64,000 bases of DNA from the human T2T-CHM13v2.0 reference genome, Homo sapiens. The notes under the pieces are model-generated. The model was not told where the DNA came from, did no database searches, and saw only the letters and a program-made list of their open reading frames with translations. Made by a program: the position numbers and the translations under genes. This document shows, piece by piece, positions 46,423-61,182 of this stretch. The first letter of the stretch is position 1, and every line of letters starts with the position of its first letter. The DNA is taken from the NCBI RefSeq assembly GCF_009914755.1, contig NC_060938.1, one strand, 5' to 3'.

Positions 46423-46737
46423 TTAAAGAAACATTCGGCATTCTTGGAAAATGAAGACATGGTAACTAAAATTTAAAAATATGTACATTTAGATAAGGTT
46501 CAGTTAATACAGTTGAAGAAATCTCACAGCAAATGGAACAATAACAACAAAGTAAACAATAGTGATAGAAAGTGGTAGATAAATGACAAGAGTCCAAGAG
46601 GATTTCTCTAGGAAGCCCAGCATTCAAATAATAACAGAGTTTAAAAAAAGAAGAAAGAAAGAAAATGAAAAATAGGAAAAAGGAAAACAAGAGGAGAAAA
46701 TTACCCAAGAAATGATATAAGAATATTTTCCCATTTT

Positions 46738-46958
46738 ATGCCCTTATAAAGGGCTGGAGGAGGGAATTTGTTCCTTTTGCCCTTCTGCCTCTGCCATGTG
46801 AGGACACACTGTCCATCTCTCCAGAAGACGCAGCATTCAAGGTGCCATCTTAGGGGCAGACACCAGACCCTATGAGGCAACTGGACCTGGTAATGCCTGA
46901 TCTTGAACTTTCCAGCCTCTAGAACGGTTAGAAATAAATTTCTTTTCTTTATAAATTA
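46738..46958 (+). mobile_element. MSTC/MSTD-like LTR fragment
   Basis: gcccttataaagggctgg...gccatgtgaggacac...ttccagcctctagaac..agaaataaatttc. Confidence 0.75.
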
Positions 46959-47133
46959 AGAATATGCATATATTTCCCCTAAGTGAAGGACACAGTTTAC
47001 CAGCTTCAAAAGACCTACATAGGACCCAGCACAATGAAGGTTAAAGAGCTACACCAAGACTCAAAGACTCATCACTGTGAAATTTCAGAATGCTGGGTGT
47101 TCTAGGGACTTCTTTCTCTGGCTCAATTGCTGA

Positions 47134-47449
<316 letters not shown>

Positions 47450-48799
47450 TGCTGAAGGAATGATTTTAACTGTGAGAGAAAGACTTATTCAAGGAGAACC
47501 AACAGGGACCCTCCTTTTCAGTTCCTGAATCTTAGCCTCAGCTCACCTGAACTTAGCCTCACAGCTGAAGCACCCTGTCAAAAATTCTGAGCAGCCCTGT
47601 TCCCCTCACCCAGATTTCTGGTTCATGTAAATCTTTGAAATGCTCCTAGTACTCAAGCACTGAGGCGCCAGGAATCTTTGTTTAGCCACCTTACCAAGTT
47701 AATCCCCAAGGCTGTGCTTTAAGTCTGTTACCAGATTTAATTGAGGATAATGTAGTGTATCCTTCCTTAGGAGAATATTTGTCCCTACATGTGATAAGAC
47801 CTAATGGTTACCCCTTGAACACTTATTAGTTGATACCCTTGAGCAGTTTGGGAAATAATTTTCAAATGAGGTATAATGAGCTCAAGTCTTTTGGAAGTCA
47901 TCCAAATGAGGGTGCCCAGGCCAACAGGAAAAGCACTGGGAATAAAGTGAGAGCTGAGCTTCTGCCCCTGCCGGTCCTGCTGCTTGTGCTTCCCACGTCA
48001 GGATAATGATTTACAGCTGGAGTTTTCTAGGGCTGTACTAGCCTTGGAGACAATCAGGATTTGGCTTTAAATTATATGTGTATGTGGTCTCAGCTACCTC
48101 CCAGTTTTGTGTTGGTTCTAATTCATGGCCTATCTTATTTTAAAAGGCCAGTAAAGGCTGATCTTGACCCAGCCACTTGTTGGTCTGTTGCAGTTTCTAA
48201 GTAACCGCGCATGGCCACCATCACTACTGCTCCTCTGCTGCCTCAGCTGACTCTGACCCTGGCAGACAGTGTTTCTCCAGAGGTCACAGCTTCTGACCAA
48301 CCTAAAATGACCTGGCCAGTAAGTGAGCACGACTCTTTATGCTTCCAGAAGTAGGCCTGTTCTTCCTGTTCTACACACCCTCCATTGAGGAAATTTGAAC
48401 AGATTGAAACTAGTACACCTTTCATATGAAGGTATTACCTGGATTCTCACCAAAAACCTCTCTTGCTGATTCTGGACCTGTGCCCCAGGTTAGGGCATAG
48501 GCTTCTGGCTCTATCTCAGGGAGTTTTCTGCCTTTTGAGAGCAGTACTTTCTCCGCCTACCCCTTTCTCTTATTCCCAGCCACACCCTTGAGGCAGGAGC
48601 ATCTTTATCTCCCACTTATTACTAAGGACTTGTAGTCCTGGTCTTGGAGCTAATTTCTATGCTTTCTTTACTTTTTTTTTTTTTTTAAATCCCAAGATGT
48701 ATTAAAATCCTATGCAATTTCCCCTGACCTAGAGCTATCCCAGCATTCTCAAAGCTGCATGACTCAAAGGAAGACATCCCCTGGAGCTCTTCTTACTAA

Positions 48800-49000
48800 T
48801 CATAGTTAACATTTATTGAGCACGTATCACATTATCTCATTTATCATCACAAAAACCCTACGAAATCTATTTGTTACAGATGAGAACACTTGGCTTAGAG
48901 AATCTATGTCACTTGCCCTAAGTTTATAGATAAAAATAGATAAGCAGGGGTTTGAATCCAGATCTCTCTCTATCCAGAGCCCATGCTTTTAATCACAGCA
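48800..49000 (-). mobile_element. MIR
   Basis: aacatttattgagcac...ttacagatgagaacac...tttgaatccagatct. Confidence 0.75.
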
Positions 49001-49379
49001 TCACTTCTAGGTCTGGATTTTAACCGTGTGTACAGATTTCAATTTCATTTCAAGTTAGGAAAACGCTGGGGTGCTTATTTGTCATCATTGCTGTGATTAG
49101 CAAAGTGAGAATAGAGACAGGAGTTGGAAATTTCCCTGCCCTTAGAACTCTGAAAGACAAAGCAGTTAAACACTACATCACAAAAGTTCATTATGCTTAG
49201 ATAACAGAGAAGAGGGTGGAGTGGTAGCAAAGTCAACAGGAATTTACAATGGCAGTTTGGGACTGGCGGGAAAGATTTAGGCCTCAGAATCCTAGGCAGT
49301 GCATCTGAAATGCAGAAATCAGTGGGGCTGGTGGGGCCGGAGGAGTTTTCAGAGGGCACAGTGGTCTTGAATTTGCCTT

Positions 49380-49640
49380 TGAACTAGTGAGATTTTGGTT
49401 TGTAGAAAGGAAGAGGGAGAATTCTCCCAGGTAGAAGACAGCTGGAGCCAAGGGAGAGAGGAGAGAATGAGTGTGGGTATTTGGGATGGCATTGGAGTGG
49501 GCCAGCCCACACTGGGGAGTGATGCAGGATAAGTTTGAGAAGGATCTTGAGAGACAGATTCAAAAGCTTGGAATTGAATGTGAAGGCAATGGGGAACCAC
49601 AGAAGGCCTTTGAACATGGGAGAGGTGGGCGAACAAAAAT
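49380..49640 (-). mobile_element. LINE-2 fragment
   Basis: ggcaatggggaaccacagaaggcctttgaacatggg. Confidence 0.6.
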
Positions 49641-51499
49641 GATACAGAATGTTTTGTTCACAGCGTGACTCATTTTGCCCTATCAAACAGCTGTAACTGG
49701 AGTCAAGCTATTAACACTGCACTAAAGATTTAGGTTCTATTATCTGTTCAGCCATAGAGCCATGTTCTTTCTGCAGAGATATTTTTCTAAACTGAGGGAA
49801 AGCCTTATGTGAAAAATGAGAGGTTGCTCACTGGCTCAGGGAAAAGTGAGCTAGACAGTCTGAATGACAGAGTCATCAGTTATGATAATCCCCACTTCCA
49901 ATGCATAGATGTACCTGCCAAGAGAGTGACAATGCTTGTTTAAGCTAGCCAAGACATGCTCTCTCTCTTAGATGGTGTCAGAATACACAAATTTGTATTC
50001 TCTGGTCCCCCTTTTCCTAGATTCCAAGCCAATTATATTTTTCATTATTTCCTCATCCAGGAGACTATGCCATTTATTTGGGTACAAATTGATTTACATT
50101 AACAGCATTGGAACCTGAGGATATATGTGGGTCACCTAGCTCCTGATTAGATTTAAGAAATGCCTTATTTTTCATGGTTCAATGAAGTAAACAAACTGTC
50201 CTCTTTGCCATAGAGTTAGGAAGCACTATGATGTCAGGAGTAACTTTTGCTACGAGCTGATTTCACCCATTCCAAATTGATAATATGTTCAACTTCAGAG
50301 AGTGTTCTTAGCCCCAGGTTCTAGGAGGGCTGTGGCCACCTAAGATCTTACAGCTTTCTTTTCCTCTCTACATACAGCATGAGCCATTGTGATGCTATTA
50401 GCATATTTCGTGGTTTCTCTATTTGTTGAATCTATGAGCGCCATGAGGAAACCTCTATTTTCCCCCTTGGGTTGGATTCAAAACCTAACATAGATATGCT
50501 ATTATGGTTTACCTGTATATTCTAGCTAGCAACATTTAAAATTCTCATTTATAAACTTTCTAGATCATCAAAGGATGAAACAGGTAATAACTGAGATGCC
50601 TTTTCCCAAACTTTTTGCCAAAGTGCTCATGAAATTACATGAAAAGCGTGAAAAAGGGAGGACAATAAGCTGTAAATTTAAGATGGAGAAAAGCCATATG
50701 CTGAGGTCCACAGAGAATGTCTACTAACGTAATTGTCGATGGAATGGATTGAGAAGCATGTAAGCACGTGCTTACATGCTGAACCAGAGAAGCCCAGCTG
50801 GTACTGAAACATAATAGAGAACAAATGTACCTTGCCCTCATCATTTGCCCCCGGCTATTTTAGGACCCTGGGGCTGCCCTGGCCAGAAAAGTAAATGGTT
50901 CAACTAGGAACCGTTCAACTATCTTCTGCACCAACAGAAGTCAAATCCAGAGTCATGCCTTCCACTCAAACTATCAATTTCTCTCTTTCCACATCCATTC
51001 GGAGACTCTGGCTCCCAGACCACAGCTGGGCATAGAGACAAGCAGAGGTGTGTTGCATCTTAGAATGGATGCTATGTAATAAAAAGGACCGTAACAGGGA
51101 GAGAGATAAGAAGGCAGGGGCCAACGCATGCTGGGAGGGAATGTGGTCTTTTATGTGCTGCTGTCTAAAACAGGACCGTAGATTGCCTCCCAGTCTTTCT
51201 TTTACCAGTCAGAAATTGCAGCAGTTGGAGCAGGAGAGACCCCAACCTAATGCTGAGACACCTGAACAAGCTAAATCTCTGTGGACTTTGAAAACAGGTA
51301 GAAACTATCTTCACCAGTTTACTCTTTATACCTGCTTTACTTGCACTCAAGAGGAGAGTGAGGGAGTATGAAGACCCTTCACCAATACTCTGCTGGCAAG
51401 TGCCAGGAGTGAACATAGTGTTCTCTTTTCCAGTATGAATAGGTGGAGAGATGCCCAAAGGGGACCTATAAAAAGAATACTGCAAGATAAGGGAAAAGA

Positions 51500-52540
51500 A
51501 GCTTTTCCATTAAAACTTGAAGCAAGACTACATATCCAAAAATAAATTTTTCCAGGAAAGAGACTTTTTCAGTAGACATATTTTTGGTATCCCTTAAGAA
51601 AACTGAGAAGGCATAGCCTCTATGAGATGGGAGTCAGGGGCCATCAGGAGAAAATAGATTGGGATGCAGGCAGATTGGCAAAGGTTGAAATAAGAAATAA
51701 GGGCAAATATACCAAAACTATAATAGCAGAATTAAAACTTCTACTGAAGAGAGTAACTATAGGGAAGACTGCAGAAATCAAACCAGTAAAGTAGAACACA
51801 AATTAAGGAGTGAAAGGATTAAGATGAAAGCGTTCAGCGAGAAGACAGAAAACACAGATCTAATCTAGGAGTTACATTTGTTCCCAATGAAGAAATTGAA
51901 CAAAATACTAGAAACAATGTTCAAACATATGGCAGAAGAAAACTTTCCTGCCTGCAGAAGAGATCTGAGATGAATTAAAATTACCAGACTCACATAGAGA
52001 CATAGCTTGTAAAATGTTTTGATTTTCCAGGTTAAAGAAAGAATCAGAGATTTATAGAGAAATAAACAGGTTACTAACAAGGAAATGAACATTAGGATGG
52101 GATCAGACTTCTCAACCCTGAAGGCTAAAACACCATTTTAGGAGACAAGGTGGTATCTCAAGAATTCCATGTTCACCCAACGTGATGTTTACGTGCAAAG
52201 GCTGTAGGAATTCATTTTCATATTTACAAGAAGACAGAAAATACACACCACACAGTCCCTTCTTGAAAAAAGAATTTTAATTTGCAGCCCCATTGATTAA
52301 TAGGTGAATTGGCATGAGGATACAAGGGGGGAAACAAGTAGAAGATGACTTGCAGTGAGTGTTGGAGACTATTCAAAATATAAAATAAATAATTGCCTTG
52401 AATATGATTATAAAACTGTATGCAAAAGCTGACAGATGCTGTTGAAAAAAAATTTAAGTATTATAAACTTTAAATTGGGTAAGCAAAAATTGATAAATGG
52501 GAAAAGAGCAGTATATTTCATGTTCTCCATAATGAGCTAG
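51500..52540 (+). mobile_element. HAL1/L1ME ORF1-region remnant
   Basis: A-rich agaagaaaactttcctg...atcagacttctcaac motifs of old LINE ORF1. Confidence 0.55.
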
Positions 52541-52544
52541 TGTT

Positions 52545-52876
52545 CTTTTCTTTTTCTTTTCTTTCTTTCTTTCTTTTCTTTTTCTTTTTTTTTTTGGAGA
52601 CAGAATCTCACTCTGTCACCCAGACTGGAGTGCAGTGGCACGACCTCAGCTCACAGCAACCTCTGTCCCTGGGGTTCAAGTGATTCTTGTGCCTGAGCCT
52701 CCCAAGTAGCTGGGATTACAGGCACGTGCCACCATGCTGGCTAATTTTGTATTTTCAATAGAGACAGGGTTTTGCCATGTTGGCCAGGCTGGTCTCCAAC
52801 TCCTGCCCTCAGGTGATCCACCTGCCTCAGCCTCCCAAAGTGCTAGGATTGCAGGTGTGAGCCACTGCACCCAGAC
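52545..52876 (-). mobile_element. AluSx-like Alu
   Basis: Dimer with ctcaggtgatcc; (CTTT)n tail. Confidence 0.93.
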
Positions 52877-54229
52877 TGTTTTTTTCTATAGCATGTTATA
52901 TGACATGTTATATCTTTCCCCCAACTAAAAAAAATGAGATAATGTTTTCTGTAACTGAGTGATTTTAGTTTGAAAATGACTTCTTCAACAGCATGCTTTT
53001 CAAGCCAGCATGTCTGTAAAACTGAAATTATTATAGGATCACATGGCTTCAATTGTGTATCTGGCTTCAACTGGCAATGAGGAAATCCTAATAAGCTGAG
53101 GCTTTAAGAAACTGCGGAAAGATACAAGATATATTATATGCATTTTTTTTCCTTCTCATTGGATTTTTTTTCCAAGTGAAGAAAAGCGCTGGCATCAGTG
53201 AGAATGAATAGTAGTCAGTGGAAACGTAAAGTAGAATGACTTTGGTAAGATAAGTTTTCTAATTTGATGTTTTGGTTAAAAAGTATCTATTTTAGTGCTT
53301 ATGAGAATTCACTCAGGAATTCATGAATTCCAATTGAGCCAATGTAAAAATTTTGAAATAAAATGTTTCTCTATGGTGTTGGCTTTTGTTAAGCATTGAT
53401 CTGAAGTGGGAGGGAGGAGGAATCTCGTGAGTTCTTCCATATGGTGTTCCTCAAAGAATGGGTGTGGGAAAGAGAAACTGGAAAGTATGCCTATGAAGAA
53501 TGGAATAAATAATTATACCTTTAAAAAATACTATTGCAGGAAAGAGAATATTTTAGCAGACATATTTTGGTATCCTTAAGAAAACTAAAAAGGCATAGTC
53601 CCTATGAGATGGAAGTCAGGGACCACGAGGAGAAAACAGATCGGGATGCTATCTTTAGCCTAAATCATAGTCTTTGCCTCCTTTGCATTGACAGTTATAC
53701 TGTAATATTTATCTTTGATGAATTTAGGTCTGTACACACCATAGTTGTCAAAAGAAAAAAAATGTGCCAGAAGAAATTCGGAGAAAACCTATAATATTGT
53801 GGTACAAATATTTGGTTCCTTGGGAAAATTTTGCTGCCACCTGATTTTTAATAAAATCAGAAGACCCAGGTGTTGGCCAGGGCAGAATTAACAACCTCCC
53901 CTACCTTGTAGCCCTCCAAAAATGCTAGTTAATTATGTCATTAATTACTGACAGCCCATCTGTGATTTCCAATCTTTAACGTTTCAAGTGAGTGAGAAGA
54001 TGGAAGTAGTGAGAGTAACTTAGAAAAAAAATCACATAGGGCCACTTTTAGACCATAAACTCCCCCAAACCATTCATCATTGTGCGCTAAAGGGTTGGTT
54101 TAACATTTATGCGCACATTGTACAAACATGTTCACTCTTATAGGGTAGAAATTTTACCCTCCATGGTCACTCTTGTAGGGTAGAGATGCATAACATCGAC
54201 ATGTATAAATGACCACCCAACTATACTAA

Positions 54230-55020
54230 CTAATCACTTATACTGCACCCAGCACTCTGCTAGCTGTGTAGGAGGCACAGGATAAATATGAGCTTAGTCT
54301 CTGCTCTCAAGGAAGTGGAAAGCTAGTTAGAGAGGTCACACAAAATGATTAGCAAACAATCAGGTGTTAACCAGAATTGTCTTCTTTTCTGTGCCTGTGT
54401 TTCTTCATCTGCAAAACAGGAATAATAAAACTATTTATCCCAACAGGATATGGTATATAGGAAGTGCTCAGTAGAAGTTAGCTCTTCATTACTGTCATGT
54501 AAATAATTATTAACTTTTAATAGGAGGTAAGAGAAAGAAGTGAAAGCTGGCTGCTGCAACAGTAGGGAAAGTTTAATAATAGAACTGAGACTTGAGCTAG
54601 GCTTTTGAGCAATGGGTAAAATTTAGAGAGCTGGATACCTGAGTGATTGGGAGGTCATCCAAGGTGAGAAAAATAGCAGTTGCAGAGGCATGTGGGTTGC
54701 TGCCTCTTCAGTTAAGCTCACAGTGACTCAGTGACTGTGTATTGACTTCGTGGGAAAGAAAATTGAATAGAGAGGGTGGGGTGTGATCATGAAGGCTTCA
54801 CAAGTCAGGCAAAGGAGTTTGGATTTTGATACTATAAGCAATTAATTGTCTATACTTCAGTGAAAAGTCTGGTAGCAGGATGCAGGATGTTTGGAAGGAG
54901 TGGATCACTGAAGTCAGGGAGGCCCCAAGAGAAGGCAGTTGCAACATCCCAGTTGAGCTATAATCAGGGCTTGGCTTGCAGAGTGAAGAGTAAGAGATGG
55001 AGCCAAGGTGCTAAGAAGGA
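54230..55020 (-). mobile_element. LINE-2 remnants with an embedded MIR piece
   Basis: tagtctctgctctcaagga, gagacttgagctaggc, aaggagtttggatttt. Confidence 0.55.
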
Positions 55021-55479
55021 AGAAGCAGCAGGCCCTGGGAAAAACAGCAGAGCAATGAAAAACAGCACAGTTGCATTTTGGGATCTGGTGCCACATTTTC
55101 TGAGCCTAACACAGGGTATACGTACATGTGTATTTACTGAACAATTCAGGCTGAATAATTGATGAAGTCACTGCAAATCTGAGATTTACGGGGATCACAG
55201 TTTATAGCCAGGCAGAGAACAAACGAATTGGGAAAGAATATGAAGAGAGGAGTGTCCTCTCCAATCTTCTTTTAGCTTATTTCTTTAATGAATCTGTATG
55301 CCCAGTGTGTAGAAAATTAAGACCTAAAACATTGTTTTAAAACATTGGTTTTAAAATTCCAGGACTGGAATCATCTATTTGCCTAAATGTATCCTCTATG
55401 CATCTCTGTGGTTCTTGAGGGTAAGAAGGCATCATGTTTATATACAATGACTACATTGATTAGGGGAGTCTTATGTCCT

Positions 55480-55660
55480 ATCTACGTTCATATCCTGACA
55501 CCGTACATCTAGCTGATGTCTCTGAGTGAGTTCCTGAGCCTGTCTATACTTTAGTTTCCTCCTGGGTAAAATGAAATAATAATAGCATCTACCTCACAAT
55601 GATATTGTGAGGCTTAAGTGAGCTACTACATGCTAGGTGCTTAGAGCAGTGCCTGGCAAA
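55480..55660 (+). mobile_element. MIR
   Basis: agtttcctcctgggtaaaatgaaataataatagcatctacctcac...gcttagagcagtgcctggca. Confidence 0.8.
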
Positions 55661-56031
55661 TATTAGATATTACCTGGGAGAAACCATAATAGTAGCTGTA
55701 GCAGTGGTGGCATGTCACGGTGTGATGGTGAGGGTGATAGCTCACTTTACCTCAGTGAATGTAAACATTGTAACCCATTGTTCAATAAATGCTCCTCTAA
55801 AAGATATGCTGAAAGCATAATTGTCAAAGGGAATTCCTGTGAAACCACATGTAAAATACTAAGAGTAAAGAGCAAATATTTGGGGGATATCTATTAAGAC
55901 CAAAATTCTAGGTTTCAGGGAGTATCACACTTACCCATCATTCATGCAAAGATCATTTCATGAAAACAATGTGATGCAGGTTTCATACTTATAGATACAA
56001 AACTTAAAGGTAAGAGTGAAAATATGAGGTA

Positions 56032-56396
56032 TGTATTCGTCCGTTTTCATGCCGCTGATAAAGATATACCCGAGACTGGATAATTTATTTAAAAGAAAAA
56101 AGAGGTTTAATGGACTCACAGTTCTACATGGCTGGGGAGGCCTCACAATCATGGCAGAAAGTGAAAAGCATGTCTTATATGGGGGCAGACAAAAGAAGAT
56201 GAGAGCCAAGTGAAAGGGGAAACCCCTTATAAAACCATCAACTCTCGTGAGACTTATTCACTACCACGAGAACAGTATGGGGGAACCGCCCCCATGATTC
56301 AATTATCCCCCACTGGGTCCCTTCCACAACACATGGGAATAATAGGAGCTACAGTTCAAGATGAGAGTTAGGTGGAGACACAGCCAAGCCATATCA
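56032..56396 (-). mobile_element. THE1B-like solo LTR
   Basis: tgtattcgtccgttttcatgccgctgataaaga...gagacttattcactaccacgagaacag...acacagccaagccatatca. Confidence 0.92.
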
Positions 56397-57198
56397 AACT
56401 GCCTACTATTTGCAAAAGTATACGGTGTAAAGGACACAGACACCTCACCTAAGTGAATATCACTTGGGTTCCAGGTTTCCTTCGATCACCCAAGCTGGCT
56501 ATTATTATCGTTCTTACACTGCAAGCAACTTATATCCCAGGCCCTGAAAAGGGGCCAGCTTTGTTGGAACATCATGTGTGGACTGACATAGGAATACTCT
56601 GTCACTTGACTGACAATTGGAAAGCATGAGAGTGCTTTCTGGCACACGGGCCCCTCCAAATGCTTCCTGGAGTGGCTATTTTGCCAGTAGATCAGTAACA
56701 GAGATTAGGGCATATGCAGAGCAGGCCCTGTTGTTTTTCCAGGAACTAGCCCTAATTTGTATTATGTTTTATTTTGTTTGTTCAAATTGCATTTTATAAT
56801 TTATAATTACATTTCCCCCTGGGTATAGCAGAAGGCAAGCAGTATGGTTATGGAAACCTCAGCGCTTATTGTTTTTCAAAAATGTTGGAAGTTTCAGGGA
56901 CTGAAGAATGGGGATCATTTCATTATAGAAAAGAAAAAGATGTCTAGCGAAGGGTAACAGTCTCAACTTGATTAGTGTTTTCCATAACATAAAAGTGGTG
57001 CTGCCTCCAATAGAATTATCTGGCTTTACCTGACTTTGGACTTCACTTCAGATGTTCCCTACAGCTATTTGCTGACCATCTGAAATGTTAAGACTGGGGC
57101 TTATGTCATGGCACACAAGCAGAGTGCAGGGCCTCCTGGAGCCAGCCCTCGCACGTGGTGTCATGGAGACTGCAGAACCCCACACCCACTTTGGCTGA

Positions 57199-57850
<652 letters not shown>

Positions 57851-58014
57851 TTGGTTGGTTTTTAATGCATCCAGTGATGTTTTGTCCTGTTCCAGTTCTT
57901 AAAATTTTTTTGAAAGCTAGATATATTTTTTGCTTAGTTGTGTACTGGAATACCTCTAGTGATACCAGTAACAGTTCAATTTTATGAAGTGTTTTTCTTT
58001 AAACCATTATCTTC

Positions 58015-58560
58015 AGAGATTTTTGATTGAAGAATTCATTCATTCAGTAAATACGTATTGCATATGTTTTATCCAACGGGCACCTTTCTGAAAACCGGAG
58101 ATGCAATAACAAACAAGAGAGTTGAGGTCTCTCCTCAAATGATGCAAGTACTTACATTCTAACTGGGGAGACCAGCAGTACACACATATACAAGAAAGCA
58201 CCAGGTGGTAACAAGTGTCATAGAAGATTAAAGGAGGAAGCATGTGTTCAAAAATGAATGGGGGATGGTGATGGGGCATTTGAAGGGAGTCTTGCATGAA
58301 CAGAAGCAGGCATGAGAAGCCCTGGAGGAAGGGCATTCCAGGCATGGGGAACAGCCAGGGCAAAGTCTCTAAGATTGGCATGAGCTTGGCAATGTGCAGG
58401 AACAAAAATGGTACCCGTGGCTGAAATGTTTTACAGGAGAATTTGGAGAGTATGGTGGAGGCTGGTGAAGGCCTTGTAGGCTAAAGTAAGGAATTTGAAT
58501 TTTAGTCTAGCTGTCACAGAAAGCCATCGTAGGGTTTTAATCAGGGAAGTGATAAAGTTT
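58015..58560 (-). mobile_element. LINE-2 3' region
   Basis: ttcattcattcagtaaatacgtattg...gggcattccaggcatggggaacagc...gtaaggaatttgaatttt. Confidence 0.8.
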
Positions 58561-58699
58561 CATTTGGAAACAATAAACTAATACTCAGTACTATTGAATA
58601 TTGCTCAAACTATTTAAAGTCAATATTTCATTTTTACATGTTTCAAGGAAAATGAAAGGTAATGAACACAGAGCATCTTTTATGTAGAGTGTATTGTTT

Positions 58700-58880
58700 G
58701 TTTCATGTAACTCTTAGAACAACCCTAGAGGTAATTATTCGTCATATCTATATTCATCCAGATGATAAAACTGAGGCTTGCAGAGATTAAGTAACTCACC
58801 CAAAGCCACATAGCTGGGGCAGAGTAAGAGTTCGCTTCTTTATGAAGAGTGTGTGCTATTTCCGTTACACCATGTTGTCT
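58700..58880 (-). mobile_element. MIR
   Basis: cagatgataaaactgaggc..gagattaagtaactcacccaaagccacatagct. Confidence 0.8.
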
Positions 58881-58969
58881 TAGCGTTTGAGGTCTAGAAA
58901 AGCACCTTCAACATAGATGTTCAATAAATCTGTTAAATGTATAAAAAATAAGCTTTTCCATTAAAAAAA

Positions 58970-59660
58970 TCTATTTTAAGTCATAAGTCAAAGAATATCT
59001 TTACAGGGAATTGGGCATGTTCAAAATTGTTGGAAAGGCTTGGGTTGGGGGATGTGAGGCTGGGATTCCAGATGATTTCAGAATGAATTGCTGATCTGAC
59101 CTGCCAGGGAAGCCACCTCTGTTTCCTTCTGCTATGGCCTGGAACAGATGTGAATCAGGAGGCCACTGCTGATACTGTTAACTCCAAGAACAAATCACCT
59201 TAGCTGCAATATAACCATCAAGAAAACTTGACTACCACCACCAGAATAGCCACTCAACAGTCACCCAGTGGAGACAGGGCCCTGGAAACTGTTAACTCCA
59301 AGAACAGATCACCTTAGCTGCAACATAACGAACAAGAAAACTTCACTACCACCACCAGAATAGCCACTCAGCAGTCACCCAGTGGATACAGGGCCCTGGA
59401 ACCCTGCTGTAGAGAAGCTCCTGCCTCCATAAACCTGTTTGCAAATAGCAACAGGAGAAGCAGCAGGAAAGATAGTCCCTCCCTCACTTCCATCTTCCAA
59501 ATCTCCCATGTGCAACTAATTTGGAGGACTGAATTGTAAATCAAACCCCGGCTGGAAGAGAGCCTAGGAAATGCAGTTTTTAGCTTTCCGGCCTGTGAAC
59601 CATGGAGGGAAAGTGAAGTGGATGATGAGTGCCAGTTTCTCATATTCACATCTCCCACTT
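58970..59660 (-). mobile_element. LTR33-like ERVL LTR
   Basis: ttccatcttccaaatctcccatgtgc...ctaggaaatgcagtttttagctttcc. Confidence 0.6.
59174..59401. repeat. 114-bp tandem duplication (2 copies)
   Basis: 59174-59287 versus 59288-59401, 7 mismatches by hand alignment. Confidence 0.95.
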
Positions 59661-60109
59661 CCTATCCAACTGCAATGTCCATCACTTGGCAAAGCAATTT
59701 TGAAACTTTGAAAGGCAGTCAATGGGGTAGAGGTTTTGGTTGACATTAGTTGAACACAGCTACTCTCTGAGTGTCAAAGGGCTGCACTAGTAGCTTCTTG
59801 GGTGAGGAGCTTCCTGGGCCTGCACTTGGCCTATGATGCTTCTGCCTCAAAGATAAATGAGCTGAGGATTAGTTTATACCCTGCGAGGTCCTCAGAAGAA
59901 CACAGCGTAATTGAAGTTAATGTGCTTTCTTTACAAGCATTTAACCAAGCTCAAAAGTGTCTGTGGACAGTTGGCTTTTAAGGCGTCTAAGAACATGGTT
60001 ACAGAGGGTCTCTCACCAACCACCAGCTTCTAGAGAAGCCCGTGTGGGATGGGGATGCCTCCACGGCCTTTGCTCTGCTTCACAGCTCACCTACACAAGT
60101 CTCATGTCA

Positions 60110-60323
60110 AGTCAACTCTGCTGGTCACATGGGTTTCTTCCCTGTCTCTCTGTGTTTCTTCTCTTCTTAGAAGAAAACTGGTCATTGGATTTAAGGCCTA
60201 CCCTAATCCAATAGGACCTCATTTTTAACTAATTACATCTGCAAGACCCTATTTGCAAATATGACCACATTCTGAGGTTCCAAGTGGACATGACCTTTGA
60301 GGGAACACTATTCAACCCACTAT
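60110..60323 (-). mobile_element. MLT1B-like LTR fragment
   Basis: gtcattggatttaaggcctaccctaatcca...taattacatctgcaagaccctattt...acactattcaaccc. Confidence 0.8.
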
Positions 60324-60746
60324 AGTGACCCTTTCAACTGTGCACTGTGCAGAAGATTTGTGTTTTCTTGCTAAGACAAACCCTAGATCCAGTACACCAT
60401 TCCTGTTTGAGGAACAGTACCTGTGACCATCTCTTCATCCCATCTCACTCCCTAACTCAATCCAAATTTCTAATTTCTGCATTTGAAATTTCTGCATTTC
60501 TGTTCAATATGTGATCCTCTAGGGTATATCGTAGTCACACCATCCTTTGTTTGGTGGTGATCACATGTGTGGTTACAGAATCATGGGCATGGCTCGGTTG
60601 AAGATTATATATGCTGGATATATGTCTTCATATTTTATTTATATGGCTGTATTTTTCTACCTAAGCGAAAAACCTTTTCAACAGGTTAACTTTCCCGAGG
60701 TGAGGAAGTCCAAGCCCAGAGCATTTTAACAACAGGTGACATTTAG

Positions 60747-61182
<436 letters not shown>

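Noticed and set aside
59174-59401. CRISPR-like array (also considered for 11552-11650 and the SVA VNTR)
   Set aside because: Contiguous tandem units with no unique spacers, no cas genes, and a primate context.
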